From Falsiroseomonas sp. CW058 (GTDB lineage Bacteria > Pseudomonadota > Alphaproteobacteria > Acetobacterales > Acetobacteraceae), in NCBI RefSeq assembly GCF_050563535.1, contig NZ_JBNXUO010000010.1, forward strand, positions 74,226 to 98,225: a stretch of 24,000 nucleotides of DNA, read 5' to 3'. The notes beneath the pieces are model-generated. The model saw nothing but the letters and a program-made list of their open reading frames with translations. It was not told where the DNA came from and did no database searches. The position numbers were made by a program, and so were the translations under genes. Below, piece by piece: positions 7,857 through 15,732 of the stretch; position 1 is the stretch's first letter, and the number at the start of each line of letters is the position of its first letter.

Positions 7857-8108
7857 TCAGCCCCCGGTCACCGGCGGGAAGAACGCGACCTCGTCGCCCG
7901 CGCCCACCGGGTGGTCGGGCGGCGCGAAATCCTGGTTCACCGCGGCGCGGATCTGGCGCGGGTCGGCGAAGGCGGCGGCATGGGCCGGCCCGCGGGTCGC
8001 CAGCCAGGCGACCAGGCCCGCCACGTCGCGCACCTCGGCCGGCGGGGAGACCTCCTCCTCCGCCACCCCGACGCGCTGGCGCACCCAGGCGAAGTAGAGA
8101 AGCTTCAT
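7857..8108 (-). CDS. moaD: Molybdopterin synthase sulfur-carrier subunit MoaD
   Basis: Internal ATG at 8108 gives an 83-aa protein, MKLLYFAWVRQRVG...GDEVAFFPPVTGG, ending in the ThiS/MoaD C-terminal Gly-Gly. It sits immediately upstream of moaE. Confidence 0.9.
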   Translation of the reverse strand: MKLLYFAWVRQRVGVAEEEVSPPAEVRDVAGLVAWLATRGPAHAAAFADPRQIRAAVNQDFAPPDHPVGAGDEVAFFPPVTGG

Positions 8109-8121
8109 CCGGCCGGCCGGG

Positions 8122-8829
8122 TCAGTTCGGCACGACGCGCGTGCTGGTGCGCCCGTCCGGGCCGACCCAGGTCTCGACATTGCCGTCGCGGATCACCGCG
8201 CCGCCGCCGAGGCCGGGCTGGGTGAAGCCCTGAACCCGCGGCGTGCCGCCGGTGCCGATCGCAGGGCGGCCGGTCGGGTCGACCAGCGGCTGCCCCGGCC
8301 GCGGCGCGGCCGCGCCGGCGGAGGCGGAAGGCGGCGGCAGCACGGGGCTGCCGGGCGGCTGGGTCAGCGGCAGAGGCTCGGACGGCGCACCGGCGGTGCC
8401 CCGGCTGCGGCCGCGCCGCGCCGGCTCGCCCGGCGTCGCGACCGGCGAGGTGGCGGGCGGCGCCCCCTCGATGAGGGAGGGGGTGTAGGACGGGATGTTC
8501 CGCATCGCCTCGTCCGGGCCGGACATCAGGGTCGGGCGGGGGGCCTCGGTCACCGGCCAGACATTGCCGGGCTCGGGCGTCAGCGGTTCCACCTCCGGAT
8601 TGCCGCCGCGGATGCGCTGCACGGTGAGCGCATCGGAGGTGACGATGTTGCGCGGGCCCATGAAGGGGCTCCACATGCTGTCGAGGCTGGAGCCGAGGCC
8701 CTGTCCGACCGAGGAGAAGTCGACCGGGCCCGCGCACCCGCCGGCCAGCAGCGCCACCGCCAGCCACGGGCTGCGGCGGACCAGCATGCGCGCCGGACGG
8801 GATTCGGTCGGGCGTTGGGTGGCGGCCAT
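8122..8829 (-). CDS. Pro-rich putative lipoprotein (unknown function)
   Basis: ATG at 8829 is preceded by CAGGAGCCACC (AGGAG about 6 nt upstream). Signal/lipobox-like sequence ...MLVRRSPWLAVALLAGGCAGP. The remainder is Pro/Gly-rich, with a short C-terminal segment GGGAVIRDGNVETWVGPDGRTSTRVVPN. It ends 13 nt before the moaD start. An alternative ATG at 8787 is in the same frame. Confidence 0.7.
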   Translation of the reverse strand: MAATQRPTESRPARMLVRRSPWLAVALLAGGCAGPVDFSSVGQGLGSSLDSMWSPFMGPRNIVTSDALTVQRIRGGNPEVEPLTPEPGNVWPVTEAPRPTLMSGPDEAMRNIPSYTPSLIEGAPPATSPVATPGEPARRGRSRGTAGAPSEPLPLTQPPGSPVLPPPSASAGAAAPRPGQPLVDPTGRPAIGTGGTPRVQGFTQPGLGGGAVIRDGNVETWVGPDGRTSTRVVPN

Positions 8830-8885
8830 GGTGGCTCCTGGTCTGCGTCGTGTCGTCCGGAAGATGCGCCGCGGGCCGCAAAGCC

Positions 8886-9521
8886 TCAAGAGCGCAACGG
8901 GCTGCGCGCCCGCTCCGGCGCCGGGGGTGGCGGGGCGGGGGGTGGGGCGTCCCGCGCCCCGACATGGCGCAGCCCCGCCTGCAGGTAGTCCCACCCCGTC
9001 ACCAGGGTCAGCGCCGCAGCGGTCCAGAGCATCAGTTCCCCGATCAGCGACACCGGCAGGAAGGACAGCCCCAGCACGCGCGCCCCGGAATCGCCCGCGA
9101 GCAGGGTGCCGAGCGCGCCCATCTGGAAGCCGGTCTTCCACTTGGCCAGCCGCGTCACCGGCAGCCCGACCGACAGCCCCGCCAGGTATTCCCGCAGGCC
9201 AGAGACCAGGATCTCCCTCAGGAGGATCACGATGGCCGGGAACAGGCCGAAATCCGTCAGCCGCCCCATCCCCGCCAGCAGCATCAGCGCAGCGCCGACC
9301 AGCAGCTTGTCCGCGATCGGGTCGAGCATCCTGCCGAGATCGCTGATCTGCTGGCGCTGGCGGGCCAGCTTGCCGTCGAAGTAGTCGGTGATGGCGGCGG
9401 CCGAGAAGACCGCGCAGGCCGCGACATCCGCCCAGGGGTCGCGCAGCGCGCAGGCCACCACCAGCAGCGGGATGGCGGCGATGCGCGACAGCGTCAGCAG
9501 GTTGGGCAGGTCGGTTGGCAT
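8886..9521 (-). CDS. pgsA: CDP-diacylglycerol--glycerol-3-phosphate 3-phosphatidyltransferase
   Basis: CDP-alcohol phosphatidyltransferase motif DYFDGKLARQRQQISDLGRMLDPIADK (D-G-x2-A-R-x8-G-x3-D-x3-D). N-terminus PNLLTLSRI. Multiple TM segments. GGGAGG RBS upstream of the ATG at 9521. Confidence 0.95.
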   Translation of the reverse strand: MPTDLPNLLTLSRIAAIPLLVVACALRDPWADVAACAVFSAAAITDYFDGKLARQRQQISDLGRMLDPIADKLLVGAALMLLAGMGRLTDFGLFPAIVILLREILVSGLREYLAGLSVGLPVTRLAKWKTGFQMGALGTLLAGDSGARVLGLSFLPVSLIGELMLWTAAALTLVTGWDYLQAGLRHVGARDAPPPAPPPPAPERARSPLRS

Positions 9522-9635
9522 GCGGACCTCCCTCTAGCAGAAGGGGACGCCCCGGGCGAGGCGCGAGGCGAGGGGGTGCTCACGAAGCGCGGCGCCCGGC
9601 AGGGGCGGGCCGCCCGCGGCGGGGGGGTGCCACCG

Positions 9636-10214
9636 TCAGATGTAGCGCAGCGCCAGGACCCCCAGGACGAGCAGCGCCGCGACCGCGCTGGTGACCAGGA
9701 TGAGCCGCCTTTCGATGAAGTCGCGCACGCCCGGGCCGAAGCGGCGGATCAGGGCCGCCAGCAGGAAGAAGCGGGCGCCGCGCGTGACCAGGCTGGTCAG
9801 CAGGAAGGTGGCGAAGTCCATCTTCGCCGCGCCGGCGGCGATGGTGACGATCTTGTAGGGGATGGGCGTCAGCCCCTTCACCAGGATCACCGCCGCGCCC
9901 CATCGCTGGAACCACTCCTCGAAGCGCGCCAGCGCCCCGGCATGGCCGTAGGCGGTCAGCACCGGCTCGGCCAGCGCCTCGAACAGGAAATAGCCGATGA
10001 CGTAGCCGAGCACGCCGCCCAGGACCGAGGTGACGGTGCAGATCGCCGCCAGCCGCCAGGCCCAGTCCGGCCGGGCCATCGCCATCGGCACCAGCATCGC
10101 GTCCGGCGGGACCGGGAAGACGCTGCTTTCCGCGAAGCTGACGGCGCCGAGCCAGAACCTGGCGCGCGGGTGACCCGCGAGATCCATCACGCGGGCATAG
10201 AGGGAATGGAGCAA
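9636..10214 (-). CDS. YqaA/DedA-like (SNARE-associated) inner-membrane protein
   Basis: Product ...LGAVSFAESSVFPVPPDAMLVPMAM...LGYVIGYFLFE...VILVKGLTPIPYKIVTIAAGAAKMDFATFLLTSLVTRGARFF matches the YqaA-type pattern. The track start at 10214 is TTG. An alternative ATG at 10187 is in the same frame. Confidence 0.85.
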   Translation of the reverse strand: MLHSLYARVMDLAGHPRARFWLGAVSFAESSVFPVPPDAMLVPMAMARPDWAWRLAAICTVTSVLGGVLGYVIGYFLFEALAEPVLTAYGHAGALARFEEWFQRWGAAVILVKGLTPIPYKIVTIAAGAAKMDFATFLLTSLVTRGARFFLLAALIRRFGPGVRDFIERRLILVTSAVAALLVLGVLALRYI

Positions 10215-10280
10215 GGGGAATGTCTCGGCAGGAAGGCGCCCAGGATGCCCCGCCTCCGTGGCGGAGGCGAGGCGGCGCCC

Positions 10281-12200
10281 TCACCCCTCGGTCGGGTGGA
10301 AATGCCCGTAGATCTTCCGCGCCGCCGCCCGGCCGATGCCCGGCGCCTTCTCCAGGTCCTCCAGCCCGGCGTTGCGCACCCCGCGGGCCGAGCCGAAATG
10401 GTTCAGCAGCTTGCGCTTGAGCGCGGTGCCGACGCCGGGGATGTCGTCCAGCTCGCTCCGCGTCAGCGCCTTCGACCGGCCTGCGCGGTGGGAGGCGATG
10501 GCGAAGCGGTGCGCCTCGTCCCGCAGGCGCTGGAGGTAGTACAGCACCGCGTCGCGGGGCGGCAGCTGGAAGGGCGCCTTGCCGGTCTGGTGGAACCATT
10601 CGCGCCCTGCGTCGCGGTCCGGGCCCTTCGCGATGGCGACCAGCGGGATGTCGTGCAGCCCCATCTCGTTCAGGATGTCGCGTGCGGCGGAAAGCTGGCC
10701 CTGGCCGCCATCGATCAGCACCAGGTCGGGCCAGCCATCCGTCTCGCGCTCCGGGTCCTCCTTCAGTGCGCGGCCGAAGCGGCGTTCGAAGACCTCGCGC
10801 ATCATCGCGAAGTCGTCGCCGGGCCTGGCGTCGCGGATGGCGTATTTGCGGTAGTGCTGCTTCAGGAAGCCGGCGGGGCCGGCCACCACCATCACGCCAT
10901 AGGCGTTGGTGCCCATGATGTGGCTGTTGTCGTAGACCTCGACCCGTTCCGGGCTGTCGGGCAGGTCGAACAGGCGGGCGACGCCGGCCAGCAGCTCGGA
11001 CTGCGCGGCGCCTTCGGCCATGCGGCGCTCGATCGCCTCGCGCGCGTTGGTCTGGGCGTGCTCCAGCACGGCGCGCTTGTCGCCGCGCTGGGGGCGGTGG
11101 ATATCCACCTTGCGCCCGGCCTTGAGGGTGAGCGCCTCGGCCAGCACCTCCGCCTCCTCCGGGTCGTGGCTGACGAGGACGAGCGGCGGCGGCGGCAGGT
11201 CGTCGTAGAGCTGCGCGAGGAAGGCGGACAGCACTTCCCCGGGCGGCTGTTCGGACTTGGCGTGGGACAGGAAGAAGGGGCGGTTGCCGTTGTTGCGGCC
11301 GCCGCGGAAGAAGAAGACCTGCACGCAGGACTGGCCCGCCATCTGGTGCAGCGCCACCACATCCGCGTCGCCCACGCCGTCGAGGTTGATGCGGTCGCGC
11401 CCCTGCACATGCGTGAGCCCCCGGATGCGGTCGCGGATCGCGGCCGCACGCTCGAATTCGAGGTTTCCGGCCGCCTCCTCCATCTCCTTCGCGAGCCGCC
11501 GCTGGATCGAGGGCGTGCCGCCGGACAGGAACTCCTTCGCCTCGCGCACCAGCTCGGCGTAGTCGTCCTTCGCGATGCGCTCGACGCAGGGGGCGGAGCA
11601 GCGCTTGATCTGGTGCAGCAGGCAGGGGCGCGCGCGCTGGTCGAAGACCGTGTCGCGGCAGCTTCGCAGCAGGAAGACGCGCTGCAGCGCCGTCAGCGTC
11701 TGGTTCACCGCCCAGGCGGAGGCGAAGGGGCCCCAGTAGCTCGCGCCCTTGCGGCGTTCGCCGCGGTGCTTGGTGATCTGCGGATAGGGATGGTCCTCGG
11801 TCAGGACCAGCCAGGGATACGACTTGTCGTCGCGCAGGACGATGTTGTAGCGCGGCCGCAGGCGCTTGATGAGGTTCGCTTCCAGCAGCAGCGCCTCCGC
11901 CTCGCTGCCGGTGGTGACGATTTCCATCCGCCGCGTTTCGTGCACCATGCGGCGCAGGCGTTCGGGCAGGCGGGCGACCTGCGTATATGTCACCACGCGC
12001 CGCTTCAGGCTGCGCGCCTTGCCGACATAGAGCGCATCACCCTTTGCATCGAGCATACGATAGACGCCGGGCGTCAGCGGCAGCGTCGCGACCACCTCCT
12101 CGATGACCCGCACGCCCTGCATGACAGGTGGGGCAGCGTCGTCGTCCAGGATGGGCTCGGCGGGGGGCGTCGGGGGGGGCGGGGGCGTGCCGTTCATCAT
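10281..12200 (-). CDS. uvrC: Excinuclease ABC subunit C
   Basis: GIY-YIG region [26 protein letters not shown], a UVR domain, an RNase H-like endonuclease domain and a C-terminal (HhH)2 ([21 protein letters not shown]...L.KAPGIG). The track start at 12275 is TTG. I prefer the ATG-ATG at 12200/12197, but the start is uncertain. Confidence 0.95.
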   Translation of the reverse strand: MMNGTPPPPPTPPAEPILDDDAAPPVMQGVRVIEEVVATLPLTPGVYRMLDAKGDALYVGKARSLKRRVVTYTQVARLPERLRRMVHETRRMEIVTTGSEAEALLLEANLIKRLRPRYNIVLRDDKSYPWLVLTEDHPYPQITKHRGERRKGASYWGPFASAWAVNQTLTALQRVFLLRSCRDTVFDQRARPCLLHQIKRCSAPCVERIAKDDYAELVREAKEFLSGGTPSIQRRLAKEMEEAAGNLEFERAAAIRDRIRGLTHVQGRDRINLDGVGDADVVALHQMAGQSCVQVFFFRGGRNNGNRPFFLSHAKSEQPPGEVLSAFLAQLYDDLPPPPLVLVSHDPEEAEVLAEALTLKAGRKVDIHRPQRGDKRAVLEHAQTNAREAIERRMAEGAAQSELLAGVARLFDLPDSPERVEVYDNSHIMGTNAYGVMVVAGPAGFLKQHYRKYAIRDARPGDDFAMMREVFERRFGRALKEDPERETDGWPDLVLIDGGQGQLSAARDILNEMGLHDIPLVAIAKGPDRDAGREWFHQTGKAPFQLPPRDAVLYYLQRLRDEAHRFAIASHRAGRSKALTRSELDDIPGVGTALKRKLLNHFGSARGVRNAGLEDLEKAPGIGRAAARKIYGHFHPTEG

Positions 12201-12442
12201 CGCCCGATATGGCGACGACCGGGCCCGGGGCGAAGCGCCGATGCGCCCGTGGTTCTCCACCGATCCTGTGGACAACTATGTGGATGGAGGGGTTCCGGAT
12301 GCCCCGGAATGGCGGTCATCTGCCATTCACACGTCCCTGCCCAGGAAATAGGCACTTTTTCCAAGTTATTGAAATCATTGGAGATTGAATCTGCGAAGCC
12401 TCTCTCCTGCTCGTCAAGACCATCTTCCCTCTTGACGTCGCG

Positions 12443-12470
12443 CCGCGATCTCCTGGTTTCGTGATCGCGG
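12443..12470 (-). terminator. Hairpin downstream of folB (possible terminator or attenuator; no U-tract)
   Basis: Perfect 8-bp inverted repeat CCGCGATC (12443-12450) / GATCGCGG (12463-12470) with a 12-nt loop. On the minus strand it starts about 25 nt after the folB stop. Confidence 0.3.
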
Positions 12471-12495
12471 TGGAAAACAGTTGCGACGAACCGTT

Positions 12496-12888
12496 TCACC
12501 TGCGGCGGCGCTCCACCGTCACGCCCACGCTTTCCACGTCGGAGAAGGCTTCCGGCTTCTCCACCGTGACGCGGGCGCGCTCCACCCGCCCGTCCTCGAG
12601 CGCGGCGAGCGCGACGCGTTCGGCCAGCGTCTCCACCAGCAGCACATGCCCCTCGGCGACCGTGGCGCGCGCCACCTCGACCAGGCGCGCGTAATCGACC
12701 ACGCGGCGGAAATCGTCCGGGCCCACATCGGCCGGCGCCGCGTCGTCGCGCACCACCAGCTCGACGCCGAGGCGGATGCGCTGCGGACCCGCCCTCTCAT
12801 GCGGGTGGATGCCGAGCCGCGCCATCAGCTCCAGCCCGCGCACGAATACCAGCCGCAACCCGCGGTCCGCATCCGGCAGGTAGGTCAT
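12496..12888 (-). CDS. folB: Dihydroneopterin aldolase
   Basis: 130-aa product MTYLPDADRGLRLVFVRGLELMARLGIHPHERAGPQRIRLGVELVV....VVDYARLVEVARATVAEGHVLLVETLAERVA matches the FolB pattern (G.h..E......v.....DY......I......f.L.E.LA). Its ATG (12886-12888) overlaps the TGA of the upstream SDR gene. Confidence 0.9.
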   Translation of the reverse strand: MTYLPDADRGLRLVFVRGLELMARLGIHPHERAGPQRIRLGVELVVRDDAAPADVGPDDFRRVVDYARLVEVARATVAEGHVLLVETLAERVALAALEDGRVERARVTVEKPEAFSDVESVGVTVERRRR

Positions 12889-13661
12889 TCCGCGATCTCC
12901 CGCGCGCCGCCCGATGGCGCCCATTGCAGGTGCTGCCCGCCGTCGAGCGCGATCATCTGCCCCGTCATCGACGGCAGCGACAGGATCATCGTCAGCGCGC
13001 GCGCCACCTCCTCGGGCGAGGTGCCGCGCCGCAGAGGGACGGAGCGGCACTGCGCCTCGAACTGCGCGGCGGTCTGGCGCGGCGAGGGCAGCGCGGGGCC
13101 GGGGCCGATGCCGTTCACCCGGATGCGGGGCGCGAGCGCGAGTGCCAGCGTCTGCGTCAGCGTCCAGAGCGCCGCCTTCGAGACGGTGTAGGACACGAAA
13201 TGCGGCGTCAGCGACCAGACCCGTTCGTCCAGCAGGTTCACCACCACGCCTTCGGCCGTGGCGGGCAGCGCCTTCGCCATCGCCTGCGCCAGCACGAAGG
13301 GCGCGCGCAGGTTGGGCTCCAGGTGCATGTCCCAGCTTTCCCGCGTCGCGTCGTGCCATTCGTCGCGTTCGAAGGTGGAGGCGTTGTTGACCAGCACGCC
13401 GACCGGGCCGAGCGCCGCTTCGGCCTGCGGCACCAGCGCCGCCACCTCCGCCTCCCGCGCCAGGTCGGCGGGCAGCGCCAGGGCGCGGCGACCGGTCGCG
13501 CGGATGGCGCCGGCCGTGGCCTCGGCCTCGGCCGCGGAGGCGCCGTAGTGGATCGTGACGTCGAATCCGGCTTCGGCGAGGGCCAGCGCCATGGCGCGGC
13601 CAAGGCGCTTCGCGCCTCCGGTGACGAAGGCGTGGCGTGGGATCGTGGGGGGGATGGACAT
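12885..13661 (-). CDS. SDR-family oxidoreductase, pteridine reductase (PTR1/FolM)-like
   Basis: Internal ATG at 13661 (MSIPPTIPRHAFVTGGAKRLGRAMALALAEAGFDVTIHY...). The cofactor motif is the TGxxxRxG variant (TGGAKRLG). Also NNAS and catalytic YTVSK (YxxxK). By recall it strongly resembles trypanosomatid PTR1 N-termini (VTGAAKRLGRSIAEGLHAEGY). Translationally coupled to folB. Confidence 0.88.
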   Translation of the reverse strand: MSIPPTIPRHAFVTGGAKRLGRAMALALAEAGFDVTIHYGASAAEAEATAGAIRATGRRALALPADLAREAEVAALVPQAEAALGPVGVLVNNASTFERDEWHDATRESWDMHLEPNLRAPFVLAQAMAKALPATAEGVVVNLLDERVWSLTPHFVSYTVSKAALWTLTQTLALALAPRIRVNGIGPGPALPSPRQTAAQFEAQCRSVPLRRGTSPEEVARALTMILSLPSMTGQMIALDGGQHLQWAPSGGAREIAE

Positions 13662-13757
13662 GCGGGCGCGGGGATAGCGCGCATGGAGGCGCCTGACCAC
13701 CGGTTGACCCGCCGCGCTGCATCCCCGCAGGGTGCCCGCGGCAGGCAGGGGGCGGCG

Positions 13758-14165
13758 ATGCGGGCGGCGATGTTGGTGGTGGCGATGCTGGCGGCCGGGC
13801 CGGCCGTGGCGCAGGGGCTTGGGCTTCCGGGGCTCGGCGGCGGCCAGGGGCAGGGCCAGGGCCAGGCGCCGGGCGGCGGGCTGGGCGGCGCGATGGGCGG
13901 GATGCTCGGCGGGGGCGGGGCTGGGGGCGCCGCCGCCGCGCTGCAGGGCGCCTTCGGCCAGCAGACGCCGGAGCAGCGGCGCGCCTTCTGCACCCGCGTC
14001 GCCGGCGCCGCGCGGGGCTGCGGCCTGACGCTCGATCCGACGGCGCTTGGCGCCTGCCTCGTCCGCAGCCTGCCGGCGGAGGATTCGGCGCGGGTCGCGC
14101 GGGTGGCGAATGCCGCGCGGGGCAACCCGATCGCGCTGCTCGGCGAATGCGGGATCGGCGGGTAG
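13758..14165 (+). CDS. Small secreted Gly-rich, 4-Cys protein (hypothetical)
   Basis: ATG at 13758 is preceded by GCAGGGGGCGGCG. Sec signal MRAAMLVVAMLAAGPAVAQG, a Gly-rich linker (GQGQGQGQ..GGMLGGGG), then a ~70-aa region with 4 Cys. GC3 is high. It is the 3' part of the long track ORF 12924..14165, whose upstream part is antisense to the SDR gene. Confidence 0.6.
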   Translation: MRAAMLVVAMLAAGPAVAQGLGLPGLGGGQGQGQGQAPGGGLGGAMGGMLGGGGAGGAAAALQGAFGQQTPEQRRAFCTRVAGAARGCGLTLDPTALGACLVRSLPAEDSARVARVANAARGNPIALLGECGIGG

Positions 14166-14168
14166 CGC

Positions 14169-14957
14169 CTACCCGGCCGCGGCCTTGCGGACCTCCTCGC
14201 GGATCTCGCCCATCAGCCGCGCCTTCAGCGCCGCGAAGTCCGGCGTGGTCTTCACCGTCCAGTCGCGCGGATAGGGCAGGGGCACCGCGACCTCGGCCTT
14301 GATGCGGCCGGGGCGGGCGGACATCACCAGCACGCGGCTGGCGAGGAACACCGCCTCGTCGATGTCGTGGGTCACGAACAGCACCGTCTTGCGGTCCGCC
14401 TCCCAGATCTCCAGCAGCAGTTCCTGCATCAGCTCCCGCGTCTGGTGGTCGAGCGCGCCGAAGGGTTCGTCGAGCAGCAGGATCTCGGGGTCGTTGGCCA
14501 GCGCGCGGGCCAGCGCGCAGCGCTGCTGCATCCCGCCCGAGAGCTGCCGCGGCCAGTGGTTCTCGAACCCGCGCAGGCCGGTGCGGGCGATGAAGCGGGC
14601 GGCGGTCGCGCGCTGCTCCGCCTCTGCCACCCCGCGTTCGCGCAGGCCGAAGCGGATGTTCTGCTCGACCGTCAGCCAGGGGAACAGCGTGTAGGACTGG
14701 AACACCATTCCCCGGTCGGGCCCCGGCCCCGCGATGGGCGCGGCGTCCAGGGACAGCGCGCCGGCCGTCGGCCGGTCCAGCCCCGCGACGATGCGCAGCA
14801 GCGTGGACTTGCCGCAGCCCGACGGGCCGAGGATGGCCACGAACTCGCCAGGGGCGACGGTAAGGTCGGTGGGCTGGAGCGCGAGCGTCGGCCCCGCCTG
14901 GCGGGTGGCGGGGAAGGTGCGCGTCACCCCCGCGATGCGCAGCGTCTTGCCGCTCAC
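14169..14957 (-). CDS. ABC transporter ATP-binding protein (NitT/TauT nitrate/sulfonate/taurine family)
   Basis: GTG at 14957 overlaps the permease TGA (GTGA). Walker [11 protein letters not shown]-loop, signature LSGGMQQR, Walker [14 protein letters not shown]-loop THD. Confidence 0.93.
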   Translation of the reverse strand: MSGKTLRIAGVTRTFPATRQAGPTLALQPTDLTVAPGEFVAILGPSGCGKSTLLRIVAGLDRPTAGALSLDAAPIAGPGPDRGMVFQSYTLFPWLTVEQNIRFGLRERGVAEAEQRATAARFIARTGLRGFENHWPRQLSGGMQQRCALARALANDPEILLLDEPFGALDHQTRELMQELLLEIWEADRKTVLFVTHDIDEAVFLASRVLVMSARPGRIKAEVAVPLPYPRDWTVKTTPDFAALKARLMGEIREEVRKAAAG

Positions 14958-15727
14958 AGCACGGCCCAGGGGAACAGGCGGCGGTTCAGCGCCTTGAACA
15001 GGAAGTCCGTCACCAGCCCGATCACGCCGATGGTCACGATGCCGAAGATCATCTGCCCGGTGTCCAGCAGGCGCTGGCTGTCCATGATCATGTGGCCGAT
15101 GCCGGACTGCGCGCCGATCAGCTCCGCCACGATCACGTAGGTCCAGGCCCAGCCGAGCACGAGGCGCAGCGTCTCCGCGATCTGCGGCGCCGCCGCCGGC
15201 ACGATGACGCGCGCGACGATCCCGCGCCGCCCCGCGCCGAGCGTGGTCGCGGCTTCCACCAGGTCCATCCGCGTCGCGCCCGCGGTGACGGCCACCATGA
15301 TGACCACCTGGAAGAAGCTGCCGATGAAGATGACCGCGAGCTTCTGCGCCTCCCCCACCCCCGCCCAGAGGATCAGCAGCGGGATGAAGGCGGATGCCGG
15401 CAGGTAGCGCGCGAAGGAGATGAAGGGCTCGAAGAACGCCTCCACCGGCTTGAAGGCGCCCATCGCGAGGCCGAGCGGCACGCCGATCGCCGCCGCGATC
15501 AGGAAGCCGCCCACCACGCGGAACACCGTGACGCTGATGTCGTGCAGGAAACCGTATTCCGTGAACAGCGCCACCCCCGCCGCCAGCGTCCGCCCGGGCG
15601 AGGCGAGGAACAGCGGCGGCACCAGGCCGCCATAGGACAGCAGCGCCCAGAAGCCGACGAACAGCACGAAGAAGCCGGCGCCCAGGACCACCCGGGCACC
15701 GGCGGAGACGGGGACGAGAGGCCGCAA
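14954..15727 (-). CDS. ABC transporter permease (NitT/TauT family)
   Basis: About six TM segments. EAA-like loop GATRMDLVEAATTLGAGRRGIVARVIVPAAAPQI. The start is uncertain: TTG at 15727 (6 nt after the SBP stop) or GTG at 15691, same frame. The upstream part of the track ORF overlaps the SBP gene. Confidence 0.88.
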   Translation of the reverse strand: MRPLVPVSAGARVVLGAGFFVLFVGFWALLSYGGLVPPLFLASPGRTLAAGVALFTEYGFLHDISVTVFRVVGGFLIAAAIGVPLGLAMGAFKPVEAFFEPFISFARYLPASAFIPLLILWAGVGEAQKLAVIFIGSFFQVVIMVAVTAGATRMDLVEAATTLGAGRRGIVARVIVPAAAPQIAETLRLVLGWAWTYVIVAELIGAQSGIGHMIMDSQRLLDTGQMIFGIVTIGVIGLVTDFLFKALNRRLFPWAVL

Positions 15728-15732
15728 GCGGG

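Noticed and set aside
7857-8121. Molybdenum-cofactor riboswitch upstream of moaD.
   Set aside because: Only 13 nt separate moaD from the upstream lipoprotein gene, which leaves no room for a ~140-nt Moco RNA element.
10251-10269. Short GC hairpins without U-tracts. One is CGCCTCCG-TGG-CGGAGGCG downstream of uvrC. The other is CGGAGCGG(C)...(G)CCGCTCCG at 21452..21474, downstream of the PepSY-like gene.
   Set aside because: The stems are real, but 8-9-bp GC hairpins arise easily in this composition. Neither is followed by a T-run, so I did not list them as terminators.
12201-12275. TTG start at 12275 for uvrC (track ORF start).
   Set aside because: The extra 25 residues ([24 protein letters not shown]) lie in the lower-GC spacer and have no counterpart in the conserved UvrC N-terminus. 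The ATG-ATG at 12200/12197 is more plausible. I have kept the start flagged as an uncertainty.
12279-12287. DnaA-box-like TGTGGATGG (7/9 match to TGTGGATAA).
   Set aside because: It is a single imperfect copy with no cluster, AT-rich unwinding element or replication genes nearby.
8850-12464. Longest ORF in the track (1204 aa, plus strand).
   Set aside because: It is antisense to pgsA, the yqaA-like gene and uvrC, all of which carry unambiguous family motifs on the minus strand. Its product is Arg/Gly/Ala/Gln/Asp-rich with no motifs. This is a typical stop-poor shadow frame in GC-rich DNA.
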